Of a stretch of 64,000 bases of DNA, positions 63,078 to 64,000 are shown piece by piece. How positions within the stretch are numbered: position 1 is the first letter of the stretch; each line of letters opens with the position of its first letter. This stretch comes from Octopus sinensis (lineage: Eukaryota). A model generated the notes under the pieces. It was not told the origin of the DNA. It ran no database searches and saw only the letters and a program-made list of their open reading frames with translations. A program made the translations under genes and the position numbers. Location: assembly GCF_006345805.1 (NCBI RefSeq), contig NC_043004.1:105462001-105526000 (forward strand), in the 5' to 3' direction.

Positions 63078-63145
63078 AAATCCTTAAAATCCTTAAAAAT
63101 GTTTTAGCCCGAAGGCCGCAGCCATGCTGGGGCACCACCGCTGTC
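63078..63145 (-). mobile_element. SINE/LINE-type 3' tail directly fused to the 7SL copy
   Basis: GCGGTGGTGCCCCAGCATGGCTGCGGCCTTCGGGCTAAAACA followed by TTTTAAGGA repeats, homologous to the family A tail GGCGGTGCTCCAGCATGGCCGCAGTCAAATGACTGAAACA. Confidence 0.75.
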
Positions 63146-63148
63146 TTT

Positions 63149-63450
63149 AAAATTAGATTGGTGTTCAGTTGTATCGAACAGGCTGCTAACTGACAACTAT
63201 TCACAGGCGCGATCCCACTACTGCTCGACACGGGGCCTTTTGCCTGCTGCGTTTCCGCCCTGGGCTGAAGCGACCCTCCTTAGACAACCTGGTCCTGATA
63301 AGCTCCCTCTCCAGCACCATATTGATGCCGAGCTTAGCACGGACACCCGATCGCCATAGAAGACCGACTACCAGGACTCCCATCCTCAAACCGGCCAACC
63401 AACCAAGCCTCTGAGTAGCTAGATTACAGGAGCACACCACAACTCCCAGC
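63149..63450 (-). ncRNA. RN7SL: full-length 7SL (SRP) RNA sequence, gene or retrocopy
   Basis: Minus strand GCTGGGAGTTGTGGTGTGCTCCTGTAATCTAGCTACTCAGAGGC...GATCGGGTGTCCGTGCTAAGCTCGGCATCAATATGGTG...GGAG...ACCAGGTTGTCTAAGGAGGG...CCCAGGGCGGAAACGCAGCAGG...CAGTAGTGGGATCGCGCCTGTGAATAG... ends in TTTT. About 302 nt and colinear with metazoan SRP RNA (Alu domain, helix 6, helix 8 SRP54 motif). Confidence 0.93.
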
Positions 63451-63654
63451 ATGTATGTATATGTTGTGTGATTGTGTGTGTGTATGTATGTATGAATGTA
63501 TGTATGTATATGCAGGTGTGACTGTATGGTTAGAAGTTTGCTTTCCAGCCACATGGTTCTGCATTCAGTCCCACTGTGTGGCATCTTGGACAGGTGTCTT
63601 CTTCCATGACCTCAGGCCCCAAAGCTTTGTGAGTGCATTTGCTAGACAGAAACT

Positions 63655-63893
63655 AAGGCGGTGAGCTGGCGGAAACGTTAGCACTCAGGGCGAAATGCTT
63701 AACGGTATTTCGTCTGCCACTACATTCTGAGTTTAAATTCTGCCGAGGTCGACTTTGCCTTTCATCCTTTCAGGGTCGATTAAATAAGTACCAGTTACGC
63801 ACTGGGGTCGATATAATCGACTTAATCCGTTTGTCTGTCCTTGTTTGTCCCCACTGTGTGTAGCCCCTTGTGGGCAGTAAAGAAATAAGAAAC
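63655..63893 (+). mobile_element. SINE family B, full length
   Basis: ggcggtgagctggcggaaacgttagc...gccgaggtcgactttgcctttcatcctttcagggtcgattaaataagtacc...gggcagtaaagaaataag. Confidence 0.88.
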
Positions 63894-64000
63894 TAGAAAA
63901 CACTTACTATGTGTGTGTGTGTGCATGCATGTTTGTTTCCCCCCCACCATTTAATAACTGGTGTAGGTGTGTTTACATCCTTGTAACAGAGTGTTCCGTT

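Overview
AT-rich eukaryotic genomic DNA, most likely from an octopus or related coleoid cephalopod. This is inferred from the tRNA-headed SINE families resembling octopus OR/OK SINEs and the very high microsatellite density. Most of the window is repeats: several tRNA-headed SINE families, fragments and 3' tails of RTE-clade LINEs, decayed Tc1/mariner elements (mariner, maT DD37D, Tc1), Helitron-type and piggyBac-type non-autonomous elements, Penelope-like (PLE) fragments carrying hammerhead ribozyme motifs, long palindromes, and simple repeats. Almost all ORFs in the supplied track are microsatellite artefacts. A minus-strand spliced protein-coding gene of unknown identity crosses part of the window: three exons at 27579-27442, 27228-27173 and 21044-20794 splice in frame, and there are weaker candidate exons elsewhere. 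A 100-N gap at 1725-1824 is flanked by a roughly 770-bp duplicated overlap that looks like an assembly artefact. The most notable items are: (1) a full-length 7SL/SRP RNA copy fused to a SINE-type 3' stem-loop tail (63078-63450); (2) a Penelope 3' fragment with a tRNA-like Pol III cassette inside its terminal repeat and an 8-bp target-site duplication (TSD); (3) several hammerhead-bearing repeat families and outward-facing palindromes; (4) a compact putative bipartite RTE element. Repeat boundaries were read by eye and are approximate unless a TSD or terminal inverted repeat (TIR) is given.
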